DNA from: Candidatus Cloacimonadales bacterium
Lineage (GTDB): Bacteria > Cloacimonadota > Cloacimonadia > Cloacimonadales > DAONDQ01
DNA length: 64,000 bases
NCBI GenBank assembly: GCA_963662275.1
Contig: OY759316.1
Location: 1,920,001 to 1,984,000, forward strand
Direction: 5' to 3'
Shown: positions 8,993 through 19,372 of the stretch, in pieces
How positions within the stretch are numbered: the stretch's first letter is position 1
Layout of the letters: the number at the start of each line of letters is the position of its first letter
Notes under the pieces: model-generated
What the model was told of the DNA's origin: nothing
What the model saw: only the letters and a program-made list of their open reading frames with translations
Databases searched by the model: none
Program-made: the position numbers and the translations under genes

Positions 8993-11900
8993 TTACCTCA
9001 CTGCCTTTACATAGTAAAACATCCTATCGATTCCTGCTGTACTCGAAGTCCAGGTAGCTCTACTCTTCATACCTTTATCTATATTTCTGCTGAAAGTACC
9101 TGAAGATGTGGCTTCAACAAATGTGCCATTAGGACTATTACAAGAGAATATCTTATAGGAAGTGGCTCCGCTGACTGCATCCCAGCTGAGTTTAGGATTC
9201 GAACCCTGAAGTTCTAAAGTGATGTTTAGAGGTATATCAACTGATAACGGATTTTGACGGACAAGGATAAATTGCCCTTCTGTGCTTATCGATTCAAAGG
9301 TTACCTTGTTATCAGCAGAATTGACCGAACTGGCAGAAGCAAGCAATGTCCATCCGCCTGATGATCTGCTTGAACGTGTGTAGAGTTGGATATTCCCTGG
9401 ATTTGATTCCTCACTCGGATAAATGTCTTCATTGATCGTAAAAGTAAGGTTTGCTGAGAAACTGCCTGTACCATAGCGATTCATTACCCAATACTGATTG
9501 TCAAAGACAGTATCAACACCTGTAGGAACAACATTTGGACTGCTGCTCAACTTAGATACTGTGAATCGTGCTCCATTAACCGTGGAAAAGTAGGAACTCA
9601 ATCCTGTTCCTGTGAAGGTTACATACCCAAGGGCTTCAAATTGTGAATTCGAAACTCCTGAGCTAAATGGAAATACAGATGTTATCCAGTTTTCATTTCC
9701 CATATTCATCATTGTGCCGTTGATAAGTGTTATATAATCGTTTAAGATTGTTCCTGATGCTTCATTACATTGCCAATAGCTAATCAATCCCGTTTCAGTA
9801 CCTGTTAATGGAATATACATATTCTGACGAATTTGATCTTCTGTCCGCGGTACACTCCATACCCGAATTTCATCCATAGCTCCGTTGAATAATTGTCCGC
9901 CACTAGTCCCGCCCCCGATCAGTTTATCGGATGAGTTAGCCACAAATGAATAGCTGTTTGTCGTCGTGATTGTTTGAGATACACCATTCACGTAGATAGA
10001 TTGTAATCCACTCTCACCGCCTGTTCCTAAACCACTCCGAGTGTAAGCTATATGAATCCATTCACCTGTAGTAACAGCATTATCTCCAGTTTGAGCTACC
10101 CAAGTATTAATACCGCTAACTGCTACACGCCCGGTTCCTCCTGAACCTCCTCCCACTTCCAACTGGAAGGAACCGCTTAAATTGTTCAGTCTTGTGGAGA
10201 ATATACCTGAGCGTCCCGCCAAACTGTTTGGTTTTATCCAGGCTTCAATGGTTATATAATCTCCTGTATTGAAAGAACTGCTGTTCCCAAGATTGACATA
10301 ATCGTTCACACCATCGAAGGTCAGAGCTGTTCCGTTTAAATTGCTAATTGTCGGATAATTTCGACATATCAGGAATTGCCCTGTATCTGATATTCCATAG
10401 AAAGTTGCCTGGTTCAGCGATGCATTCACACTGATAGCAGAAGCAATGACTCCCCAGTTTCCATCAGAACCTCTGCTGCGATAATACAGCCTGATCTGGT
10501 TCGGATGAAGCTGGTCATCAACAGTCAGGTCTTCACTCACAGTCAGCGTCATGTTTCCATTGAAAGTACCGGTTCCATAGCGACTCACTATCCAGTACTG
10601 ATTATAGAAGACTGCATTGACAGCCGTGGGAATAAGGTTCGGATTGGTGTTTAGTTTGCTGACCGTAACAGAAGCTGAGTTATGCGCTGTGTAATTCATA
10701 GATAAGTCTGTGCCTGTGAAGGTGACTACGCCTGTAGCTTCGGCGTGTGTATAGCTTACACCGGTGCCAAAGGGTGTAGATGAGACAACCCAATCCGCAT
10801 CCATCATATTGTTTAGTGTGCCATCGCATCCGCCGATTACATCCGGGACGGACGTTCCCATTGACTTGTTGAATTGCCAGTAATGCAGCAAACCGCTTGC
10901 TGTGCCGGATTGACTGTGATGCATTGATTCTCTGATTTGGGTGGCAGAGCGGGCATAGTTCCAGATACGCATTTCATCCAGCTTACCGCTGAGGGTTTCA
11001 GTGCTTCCTCCGAAACGGTAAGTTCCGGTGGGTGCATACAAACCGCCTGCGGGTACGGAACTTTTTACCAGAGTACCATTGAGGTATAGTTTAAGGTTCG
11101 TTCCGTCATAAGTGCCGGCGATATGCATCCATTCTCCGGTTACCAAGACGCTGTCTGCTCTCAGACTCGCCAGACTGCCATTGCTCTTCTTGATATAGAA
11201 ATGCAGGGAACGGTAATCTCCGTAGGTTGTCCCATCATAACGCAGCACTGCCACTTCCGGTTCGAGAGTGATGTAGCGTTCCACTATGCCTTCGGGTATC
11301 ACACTGTGATTAACCCACAACTCAATGGTAAAAGCGGATAGAGCAGTGTTTATGCCTGTCCCGGTAACGTTGTCTCCTGTGCCATCAAATTCCAGACAGT
11401 TGCCGGCGATAACTTCCGGTCCGATTGTGGTGAAAGACCGGATGGGACAGTTTGATGCATTGCCTCCTGAATTGTAGGGAACGATCTGCCAGTAATAGAC
11501 GGTGTGAGGAGCTAACAGCGTTGTGCAATAGTAACTGAGATTTGCACCCATATCCAGGTTGTTGGCGATATTGGTGGGCGAAGCAGTGCCATTTCCGTCC
11601 GTACCAAAGTATAGCTTGTAACCGGTGGGATTGCCACTGCCATCAGCCCAGGTCAGGGTGGGGTGCAGGATTATATCTGTTGCGATATCGACAGGGTCAA
11701 CCAAAGTCGCCGGATCAGGAGGAATCTCATCTATTACAATCTGGTCAAGCTTGATCCAGTCAATAGTAGATTCGGTATCTATCATTCGGAAGGCGATGTA
11801 TTGGGTGCCCTCATATTCTGAAAGATCGAGGGTTAGCTGAGTCCAGGTGGTGGGCATGTTACTTACTGAATTATAGAACGCCAGGGTAGTAGTAAAATCT

Positions 11901-13939
11901 GAGGGGGAATTCGCATTGGGCGAGATCTGAACTTTGAGGCTTGGACCGTATTGTGCCCCCTTGAGCAAGAATTTCAGGCGGTAATTTCTTGTACCCAGGT
12001 TCAGCGCAGGTGTTATCAGCAAATGATTGCCTCCATTGCCGGAGTCTTCGGCAAAAGCTATATAGCTGCCACTGATAACATCATATTGTGCCCTGTACCA
12101 GGGGTGATCACCGCTGGTGGATAGCTGGTTCCAGTTATCAGGTGCAGAAGGTGAACCTTGCCAGTTTCCTTCAAAATCTTCGTTATATGGGAAGCTGCTT
12201 ATCACAGGCGAGGCATCGGTGCTGGCTGAAACTGTTGGTGCAATGCCATCGGTTTTAAAGTCTATGCTGCTGGCTGAGTTTGCATAAGGGTAGATCACAA
12301 AATCATAACTGGTTGAGTAACTCAATCCAGAAAACGAATAGGTGTTTGTCCCGGCATGATGGTCTACGTTCACTGCTCCGTTATTATCTGTCCAGTTATT
12401 GTCATCGGGAACAGGAATGCCATCTGCAACAGTAGTATAGGTTCCGCCAGCCTTTTTAGCCAGGATCAGGTATCGGATTGGAATAACCTCCCCTGTCGAT
12501 CCGGTCCAACTTAAAGTTATAGAGCGATAATTATGACCTGATGCAACAAAGGAAGTGGGGAAATTAGACGGCTCAGTACTCAGGGTCAGTGGCGGTCCGG
12601 CAACGTCATCAATATGAAGATAGAACCCATTGAGTGTAATTGCCTGAATCGCAAGATAGATATTCTGCCCTATAAAGGGGGTAAGGTCATAAGAGTATTG
12701 GAAATAGGTTGCACCAGGCGACTGGTTTGAGCCTAATGTAGTTGCGAACGACGTTATTTGATTGTCGGTGGTGGATAGCTTTACATTAAAACATTCCGGA
12801 CGAGTGTCACTCTGGTTCCTGGACCAAAAAGAGAACACATGGTTAGCTTGGGTAGGTGCCACCCGGGGAGTGACCAACCAGTCATCGTGAGCATAAACAT
12901 CATTATACTCAATCGATGCGTAAGCATTTCCCGAGTGTTGACTATAACTTGTTGACCGAAACCAGGTGTTGAGATCACCTTCATTATATACAGTCCAACC
13001 TGATGGCGGGAAAGCGCTCCCCTCAAATCCTTCGGAAAACCAACTACCGGAAATCCCTACCGATGTTTCCGGCACAGGTGTAGAAGTCAAAAAGTTGATA
13101 TTAGTACCGTAATTCGTATACGGATAGATTCTGATGCTACAGACATCACCCACTGAGAAACCGGAAAAAATATAAGTATTAGTTCCCGCTGCATGTGATA
13201 CGTTTCTTGCCAGGTTGCCATTAGACCAGATGGTGTCATCAGAAACCGGTGTTCCATCGGCGACATTGGCATAGGAACCAACGGTGTTTTTCACCAGGAT
13301 AAGGTATTTAATGGGAAGTTGAGTTCCGGTAGAGCCAGTCCAACTCAAGGTGACTGTATCGGCACTGGTTTGGAATGCCGTAAAATTCGTGACGTGGTTG
13401 CTTGGCTCGGTTTCCCAGGCTAAGGGCGGACCGCTGATATCATCGATAAACAACTGCCACATGTCACGAGAAATTGCTTGTATAGCCACATATACATTTT
13501 GTCCCACGTAGGCATTAAGGTCAAAGGAATACTGCTGAAAATCAGTACCGGGAACCAGATTGCTCCCCAAAGTCACAGTAAAATTCGCCTTTTCTATTCC
13601 GGTAGTGGAGAGCTTGACGTTGAATACCTCGGGAAATTCCATATCTTCGTTGGCTGCCCAAAAAGCGTAAGTGTGATTTGAGGCAGTGGGAGCAAGTCTA
13701 TGCGAAATCAGCCAATCATCGTGGGCATTCGCCTCAAAAAGGATAGATGCGCTATATGAACCGGAATGGCTACGCGCATTGGTACGTTCCCAGGTGTTAG
13801 GGTCTCCTGCGTTTATAACGGTCCAACCATCCGGGGGGAAAGTCGTGCCTTCGAACCCTTGTGAAAGATCAACCGAGAATAACGTTACCACCATTGTTGA
13901 AAATAGGAATAACAATAGTAAGAAAAGTGTTTTTTTCAT
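8993..13939 (-). CDS. Secreted protein: cleaved-adhesin/choice-of-anchor-J-like domains, FN3-like domains, 2x LamG, C-terminal FYYVKAVR domain
   Basis: Start moved to ATG 13939 (MKKTLFLLL) with AAGGAG RBS. Repeated FEG..FPP.GW..HDDWLI.P motifs and two LamG blocks. Confidence 0.9.
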   Translation of the reverse strand: MKKTLFLLLLFLFSTMVVTLFSVDLSQGFEGTTFPPDGWTVINAGDPNTWERTNARSHSGSYSASILFEANAHDDWLISHRLAPTASNHTYAFWAANEDMEFPEVFNVKLSTTGIEKANFTVTLGSNLVPGTDFQQYSFDLNAYVGQNVYVAIQAISRDMWQLFIDDISGPPLAWETEPSNHVTNFTAFQTSADTVTLSWTGSTGTQLPIKYLILVKNTVGSYANVADGTPVSDDTIWSNGNLARNVSHAAGTNTYIFSGFSVGDVCSIRIYPYTNYGTNINFLTSTPVPETSVGISGSWFSEGFEGSAFPPSGWTVYNEGDLNTWFRSTSYSQHSGNAYASIEYNDVYAHDDWLVTPRVAPTQANHVFSFWSRNQSDTRPECFNVKLSTTDNQITSFATTLGSNQSPGATYFQYSYDLTPFIGQNIYLAIQAITLNGFYLHIDDVAGPPLTLSTEPSNFPTSFVASGHNYRSITLSWTGSTGEVIPIRYLILAKKAGGTYTTVADGIPVPDDNNWTDNNGAVNVDHHAGTNTYSFSGLSYSTSYDFVIYPYANSASSIDFKTDGIAPTVSASTDASPVISSFPYNEDFEGNWQGSPSAPDNWNQLSTSGDHPWYRAQYDVISGSYIAFAEDSGNGGNHLLITPALNLGTRNYRLKFLLKGAQYGPSLKVQISPNANSPSDFTTTLAFYNSVSNMPTTWTQLTLDLSEYEGTQYIAFRMIDTESTIDWIKLDQIVIDEIPPDPATLVDPVDIATDIILHPTLTWADGSGNPTGYKLYFGTDGNGTASPTNIANNLDMGANLSYYCTTLLAPHTVYYWQIVPYNSGGNASNCPIRSFTTIGPEVIAGNCLEFDGTGDNVTGTGINTALSAFTIELWVNHSVIPEGIVERYITLEPEVAVLRYDGTTYGDYRSLHFYIKKSNGSLASLRADSVLVTGEWMHIAGTYDGTNLKLYLNGTLVKSSVPAGGLYAPTGTYRFGGSTETLSGKLDEMRIWNYARSATQIRESMHHSQSGTASGLLHYWQFNKSMGTSVPDVIGGCDGTLNNMMDADWVVSSTPFGTGVSYTHAEATGVVTFTGTDLSMNYTAHNSASVTVSKLNTNPNLIPTAVNAVFYNQYWIVSRYGTGTFNGNMTLTVSEDLTVDDQLHPNQIRLYYRSRGSDGNWGVIASAISVNASLNQATFYGISDTGQFLICRNYPTISNLNGTALTFDGVNDYVNLGNSSSFNTGDYITIEAWIKPNSLAGRSGIFSTRLNNLSGSFQLEVGGGSGGTGRVAVSGINTWVAQTGDNAVTTGEWIHIAYTRSGLGTGGESGLQSIYVNGVSQTITTTNSYSFVANSSDKLIGGGTSGGQLFNGAMDEIRVWSVPRTEDQIRQNMYIPLTGTETGLISYWQCNEASGTILNDYITLINGTMMNMGNENWITSVFPFSSGVSNSQFEALGYVTFTGTGLSSYFSTVNGARFTVSKLSSSPNVVPTGVDTVFDNQYWVMNRYGTGSFSANLTFTINEDIYPSEESNPGNIQLYTRSSRSSGGWTLLASASSVNSADNKVTFESISTEGQFILVRQNPLSVDIPLNITLELQGSNPKLSWDAVSGATSYKIFSCNSPNGTFVEATSSGTFSRNIDKGMKSRATWTSSTAGIDRMFYYVKAVR

Positions 13940-14121
13940 GAGTAACTCCTTATTAAATTCTCTCGTTGAGCAGGACACTGTTCCTGCATTTTATCATTTC
14001 TTGCAGTGCAGAACTAACTCTACTCTTCGAATTAGCTCAGAGCAAGCTTAATCCCTCCCTTTACAAAAGGGAGGGAGATCGGTGCTCCAATCTGCTAATT
14101 CTTAACTCTTAATTCTTAATT

Positions 14122-17100
14122 CTACCTCACTGCCTTCACTTTGTAAAACATCCTATCGATTCCTACTGTACTCGAAATCCATGTAGCTCTACTCTTCATA
14201 CCTTTATCTATATTTCTGCTGAAAGTACCTGAAGATGTGGCTTCAACAAATGTGCCATTAGGACTATTACAAGAGAATATCTTATAGGAAGTGGCTCCGC
14301 TGACTGTATCCCAGCTTAGTTTAGGATTCGAACCCTCAAGTTCCAAGGTGATGTTTTGTGGTATATCAACTGATAACGGATTTTGACGGACAAGGATAAA
14401 TTGCCCTACTGTGCTGATCGAGTCAAAAGTTACTTGATTATCGGCAGCATTGACCGAACTTGCAGAAGCAAGCAATGTCCATCCGCCTGATGATGTGCTT
14501 GAACGTGTATAAAGCTTAATGTTCCCCGGATTTGATTCCTCACTGGGATAAATGTCTTCATTAATGGTACAGGTTTGGTTTGCTGAAAAGCTCCCTGATC
14601 CATATCGATTCACGACCCAATACTGATTGTTAAAGACAGTATCAATACCGGTTGGAACGACATTTGGGCCATTGCTTAGCTTGGATACTGTGAATCTTCC
14701 CCAAGTTGTAGATGTAAAGAAGGAACTTAAACCTGTTCCTGTAAAGTCAACAGTACCAGTAGCTTCATATTGTGAGTTCGAAACTCCTGAGCTAAAAGGA
14801 AATACAGAGGTTGTCCAGCTATCATTTCCCATATTCATCATTGTACCGTTGATTAGTCTTACATAATCGTTTAGAATAGTTCCTGAAGCTTCATTACATT
14901 GCCAATAGCTAATCAATCCTGTTTCAGTACCGGTTAAGGGAATATACATATTCTGACGGATTTGGTCTTCTGTCCGTGCTACATTCCATACACGTATTTC
15001 ATCCATAGCTCCGTTGAATAATTGTCCGCCACTTGTACCAGAACCAATCACTTTATCACTTGTATTTGAAACAAATGAAAAGCTGTTATCATCAGACATA
15101 ATTTGTGAAACACCATTGATATAAATATGCTGAATTCCTCCACCACTTCCAGGTCCAACACCAGCACGAGTGTAGGCGATATGCACCCATTCACCTGTAG
15201 AAATGGCATTGTCTCCGGTTTGAGCAAACCACCTACCAACTCCGCTAACTGCAACACGACCGGTTCCGCCTGAGCCTATACCAACTTCCAATTGGAATGA
15301 ACCTGCTTGATTATTTAGTCTGGTGGAGAAAATACCTGAGCGTCCTGCCAGGCTGTTTGGCTTAATCCAGGCTTCAATGGTGATATAATCTCCTGTATTG
15401 AAGGAACTGCTGTTTCCAAGATTGACATAATCATTCACACCATCGAAGGAAAGTGCTGTTCCGTTTAAATTGCTAATTGCCGGATAATTTCTACAGACCA
15501 GGAACTGGCTGCATTCTGAAATACCGGAGAATGTTGCCTGGTTCAGCGCTTCATTCACACTGGTGGCAGTTTTGATAACATTCCAGTTTCCATCAGTATT
15601 GCGTTGGCGTGAATATAACCTGATCTGGTTAGGATGTGCCTGATCATCAGCAGTCAGGTCTTCGCTCACAGTAAGTGTCATAGTCCCATTGAACGAACCT
15701 GTTCCATAGCGATGGACAACCCAGTACTGGTTATCAAACACTTCATCCATTCCTGTGGGAATAATGTTCGGGCTTGTATTGATTTTATTCACAGTTATGG
15801 AAGCCGAATTGTGTATTGTATAATTCATTGAAAGGTTAGTATTTGTGAAAGTCACTACACCAGCAGTTTCCGTTTGAGTATTGCTAACACCACTGCCAAA
15901 AGGAACTGTTGAACCTAGCCAGTCCTCATTTGTCATATTATTCATCGTACCATTACAGTTGCTTATAACATCCAGTACATTTGTTCCTGTTGATTCGTTG
16001 AATTGCCAGTAGTTCAACAGACCGGTTTCCATACCTGTAAGAGAAAGATGCATATTCTCACGGATTTGGGCTTGTGAACGGGCATAATTCCAGATACGCA
16101 TTTCATCCATCTTTCCGTTGAATGTTTCTCCTGAACTACTAAAAGTATAGTTTCCTGATGGGGGATACAAACCGCCCGTTGTTACAGCACTTTTTACAAG
16201 CAATCCATTCACATATAATTTCAAATTAGTTCCATCATAAGTTCCTGCAATATGCATCCACTCGCCGGTTACCAGGACACTATCTGCTCTGAAACCATAC
16301 AAGGAACCACTCGCTTTCTTAATATAAAAATGCAGGGAATTATATTCACCGTAGATTGTTCCGTCATAACGTAGAACTGCCATTTCAGGTTGTAAAGTAA
16401 TGTATCTTTGCACAGTTCCGTTCAGGCTGTTGTGATTTACCCAAGTTTCTATTGTAAAAGCTGTCAGTGAAGGACTAATTCCTGTTCCAGCTACATAATC
16501 ATTACTCCCATCAAAATCAAGAGCGTTACCCGGTATACCATCAGGTGCTGAATGGGTAGTAAAAGACCAAATCGGGCAGTTACTCGCATTTCCGCCTGAA
16601 TTGTAGGGTATAACCTGCCAATAGTATGTCGTATTAAAAGCCATATGTGCCGTTAGCGAATAAGTTAAATTAGTTCCCATATCCAGGTTATTTGCAACAG
16701 ATGTAGGTGGAGTGGTGCCATTTCCATCAGTACCAAAATTAAGCTTATAACCATTGGTGAACCCCCCACCATCTGACCAATTCAATGAAGAGGATACGAT
16801 AACAGCATTTGCAGCATTTGCTGGTGAGACACATACCGCTGGATTAGGCGGTATTTCTTCAATCAGGACATCATCCACCTGATAAGGAAAACCGCTATTA
16901 TCATAATTTCTGAAACCTAAATACTTGATCCCTTCATAAGCGGATAGATCCAAAGTGATTTGGGTCCAGACTGTAGGCATAGTACTACCATTCCAATACT
17001 GAGCTAATGATGTAAAACTCCAGGGATCAGTATTATTATCGCTAATCTGCACTCTCAGCCCTGAACCGCCATTGCTGCCGCCTTTCAGCCAGAATTTCAA

Positions 17101-19050
17101 CCTGTAATTTCTTGTTCCAAAATTCATTGCAGGGGTAATTAGCAGATATTCGCCTGAATTTGCAGCCACAGCTAATGCATCACCATTACTGTTGTATCCT
17201 GTACCATTCCGATTCCAAGGATCTTCACCTCTTACAACAATTTGAGACCAGTGAGTCGGTGCAGGTGGATCCCCTTGCCAATCTGCTTCAAAATTTTGTA
17301 AATAGGGAAAGCTGGTTATAGCGTAGCTATCCGTTGTGACACTTACTGTTGGAACTGCTCCATCATTTTTATAATTTATCAGGATTCCATAATTTGTATA
17401 CGGATATATACGAAAATCATAAGCAGTTGAAGTCGAGATTCCTGTAAATGTGTAGGTATTTGTACCGGCTGTATGGCTTACATTGACTGCTGCATTATTA
17501 TTAGACCAATTGCTGTCATCAGCAACCGGAATCCCGTCTGTAACAGCTGCATAAGACCCGGATCCTTTTTTGGCTAATATCAGGTATTGTATTGGCAACT
17601 GAGTCCCTTCGGAACCCGTCCATGTAAGGGTAATTGAATCTGTACCATGACTCGGAGAGGTAAAATTGGTTGGATAATTAGTTGGCTCTGGTTCAATCGT
17701 TTCCGGAGGTCCGCTAACATCGTCTATATGAAGATAAAGCATGTTGGTTGAGATTGCTTGAAATGCGAGATACACATTCTGTCCGGTATAATCGGACAGA
17801 TCATAAGAATACAATGTATAAGTATTTCCCGGTGCGATTGAACTGGCAAGAGTAACTGTAAAAGCACTGGTTTGGTTCGTTGTTGTAGATAACTTCACAT
17901 TAAATCTGTCTGAATAATTTGAACTACGGTTTCTTGCCCAAAAAGAAAAAGTGTGGCTTGCTGCAGTAGGTGCTAATTTGGGTGTAATTAACCAATCATC
18001 ATGTGCGACAGACGAATCATATCTGATCGTAGCTGAACCGTTTCCTGTGTGAGAGTAATCTTCTACTCGTTCCCAAGTGTTTCCATCCCCTCCATTATAA
18101 ACTGTCCACCCTATTGGAGGAAATGTCGTGCCTTCAAATCCTTCGGATAAATTTTCCCGAACGACTGTGATAGAAGCACTCGGAATCGGAGTTGAAGTTT
18201 TGTAGTCGATGATTGAGCCATAATTAGTATAAGGATAGATGACAAAAGTGTAGAGTGAACCAATTGATACTCCAGTAAAAGTATATGTATTAGTTCCTGA
18301 ACTGTGCTGAACATTCTTGGAAACATTCAAATCTGACCAGCCAGTATCATCAGGAACAGGGATTCCATCAGCAACACCTGCATAAGAACCTGTGTCTTTT
18401 TTTCCTAGAATCAGGTAATTTCCGGGAATCTGAACACCTGTAGATCCTGTCCAGGTCAAGATGATTGAATCACTACCACTTTGGCTTGCAGAAAAGTTTG
18501 TTACATGGTTACTTGGTTCGCCTTCAATATATAGAGGAGGTCCACTAACATCATCAATAAACAATATCCACTCATCAGTTGAGATAGCCTGGATTGCAAT
18601 GTAAACACTCTGTCCCACATAGGCATTTAAATCGAATGAATAATGCTCAAATAGGGTTCCAGGTACCAGATTACTGCCCAGGGTCACAGTGAAGTTAGAT
18701 ACTTCTTTACCTGTTGTTGAGAGTACTACATTGAATGCATCAGGATAATCGGTGCTATGGTTAGCAGCCCAAAAACTATACGTGTGACTGGCAGAAGTAG
18801 GAGAAAGTTTGGGAGTAATCAGCCAATCATCATGTGCAGATGTTGTGAAATTAATAGCCGCGCTATAGGATCCGGTTCTACAAAACGTATTTGAGCGTAA
18901 CCAGGTATCGGAATCTCCACCGTTGATGACAGACCATCCTGCTGGAGGAAAAGTAGTTCCCTCAAAGCCTTCAGATAAGTTTACTGAATACAGCAGTGTA
19001 AAAAAGCCCGATAATAAGAATATGGATATAAGAAATACATCCTTTTTCAT
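14122..19050 (-). CDS. Secreted cleaved-adhesin/FN3/2x LamG protein (array paralog)
   Basis: 1642 aa ORF, signal peptide, AAGGAG RBS, same architecture as 8993..13939. Confidence 0.9.
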   Translation of the reverse strand: MKKDVFLISIFLLSGFFTLLYSVNLSEGFEGTTFPPAGWSVINGGDSDTWLRSNTFCRTGSYSAAINFTTSAHDDWLITPKLSPTSASHTYSFWAANHSTDYPDAFNVVLSTTGKEVSNFTVTLGSNLVPGTLFEHYSFDLNAYVGQSVYIAIQAISTDEWILFIDDVSGPPLYIEGEPSNHVTNFSASQSGSDSIILTWTGSTGVQIPGNYLILGKKDTGSYAGVADGIPVPDDTGWSDLNVSKNVQHSSGTNTYTFTGVSIGSLYTFVIYPYTNYGSIIDYKTSTPIPSASITVVRENLSEGFEGTTFPPIGWTVYNGGDGNTWERVEDYSHTGNGSATIRYDSSVAHDDWLITPKLAPTAASHTFSFWARNRSSNYSDRFNVKLSTTTNQTSAFTVTLASSIAPGNTYTLYSYDLSDYTGQNVYLAFQAISTNMLYLHIDDVSGPPETIEPEPTNYPTNFTSPSHGTDSITLTWTGSEGTQLPIQYLILAKKGSGSYAAVTDGIPVADDSNWSNNNAAVNVSHTAGTNTYTFTGISTSTAYDFRIYPYTNYGILINYKNDGAVPTVSVTTDSYAITSFPYLQNFEADWQGDPPAPTHWSQIVVRGEDPWNRNGTGYNSNGDALAVAANSGEYLLITPAMNFGTRNYRLKFWLKGGSNGGSGLRVQISDNNTDPWSFTSLAQYWNGSTMPTVWTQITLDLSAYEGIKYLGFRNYDNSGFPYQVDDVLIEEIPPNPAVCVSPANAANAVIVSSSLNWSDGGGFTNGYKLNFGTDGNGTTPPTSVANNLDMGTNLTYSLTAHMAFNTTYYWQVIPYNSGGNASNCPIWSFTTHSAPDGIPGNALDFDGSNDYVAGTGISPSLTAFTIETWVNHNSLNGTVQRYITLQPEMAVLRYDGTIYGEYNSLHFYIKKASGSLYGFRADSVLVTGEWMHIAGTYDGTNLKLYVNGLLVKSAVTTGGLYPPSGNYTFSSSGETFNGKMDEMRIWNYARSQAQIRENMHLSLTGMETGLLNYWQFNESTGTNVLDVISNCNGTMNNMTNEDWLGSTVPFGSGVSNTQTETAGVVTFTNTNLSMNYTIHNSASITVNKINTSPNIIPTGMDEVFDNQYWVVHRYGTGSFNGTMTLTVSEDLTADDQAHPNQIRLYSRQRNTDGNWNVIKTATSVNEALNQATFSGISECSQFLVCRNYPAISNLNGTALSFDGVNDYVNLGNSSSFNTGDYITIEAWIKPNSLAGRSGIFSTRLNNQAGSFQLEVGIGSGGTGRVAVSGVGRWFAQTGDNAISTGEWVHIAYTRAGVGPGSGGGIQHIYINGVSQIMSDDNSFSFVSNTSDKVIGSGTSGGQLFNGAMDEIRVWNVARTEDQIRQNMYIPLTGTETGLISYWQCNEASGTILNDYVRLINGTMMNMGNDSWTTSVFPFSSGVSNSQYEATGTVDFTGTGLSSFFTSTTWGRFTVSKLSNGPNVVPTGIDTVFNNQYWVVNRYGSGSFSANQTCTINEDIYPSEESNPGNIKLYTRSSTSSGGWTLLASASSVNAADNQVTFDSISTVGQFILVRQNPLSVDIPQNITLELEGSNPKLSWDTVSGATSYKIFSCNSPNGTFVEATSSGTFSRNIDKGMKSRATWISSTVGIDRMFYKVKAVR

Positions 19051-19372
19051 ACATATCTCCTTGTTTAGATATAATGCAATTCTAATTTTTGTAGCATTAA
19101 ACCTTATTACTTCGGATATTCCTTGAAATCTATTGCTATGAGAGCAACGATAACAAAGAGATTAATACAAATTCATGTATCTTCAAATCTATCTGTTGAG
19201 CAGGTTACCGTTCCTGCTGAATTTCATTGTAAGTCCAGGTTCATCTTGATGCAATTTCTCGCATTCGACTTCGCTCAATGACCGTGAACTCACCCTGAAC
19301 ACTTAATAGAACCCCCTACCCCCCTTCTCAAGGGGGGAGGGAATCGGTGCTCTAATCTTCTAATTCTTAATT

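Noticed and set aside
8631..9103. Repetitive short ORFs (77, 71 and 134 aa)
   Set aside because: Artefacts of the 57-bp (19-codon) repeat with no convincing RBS
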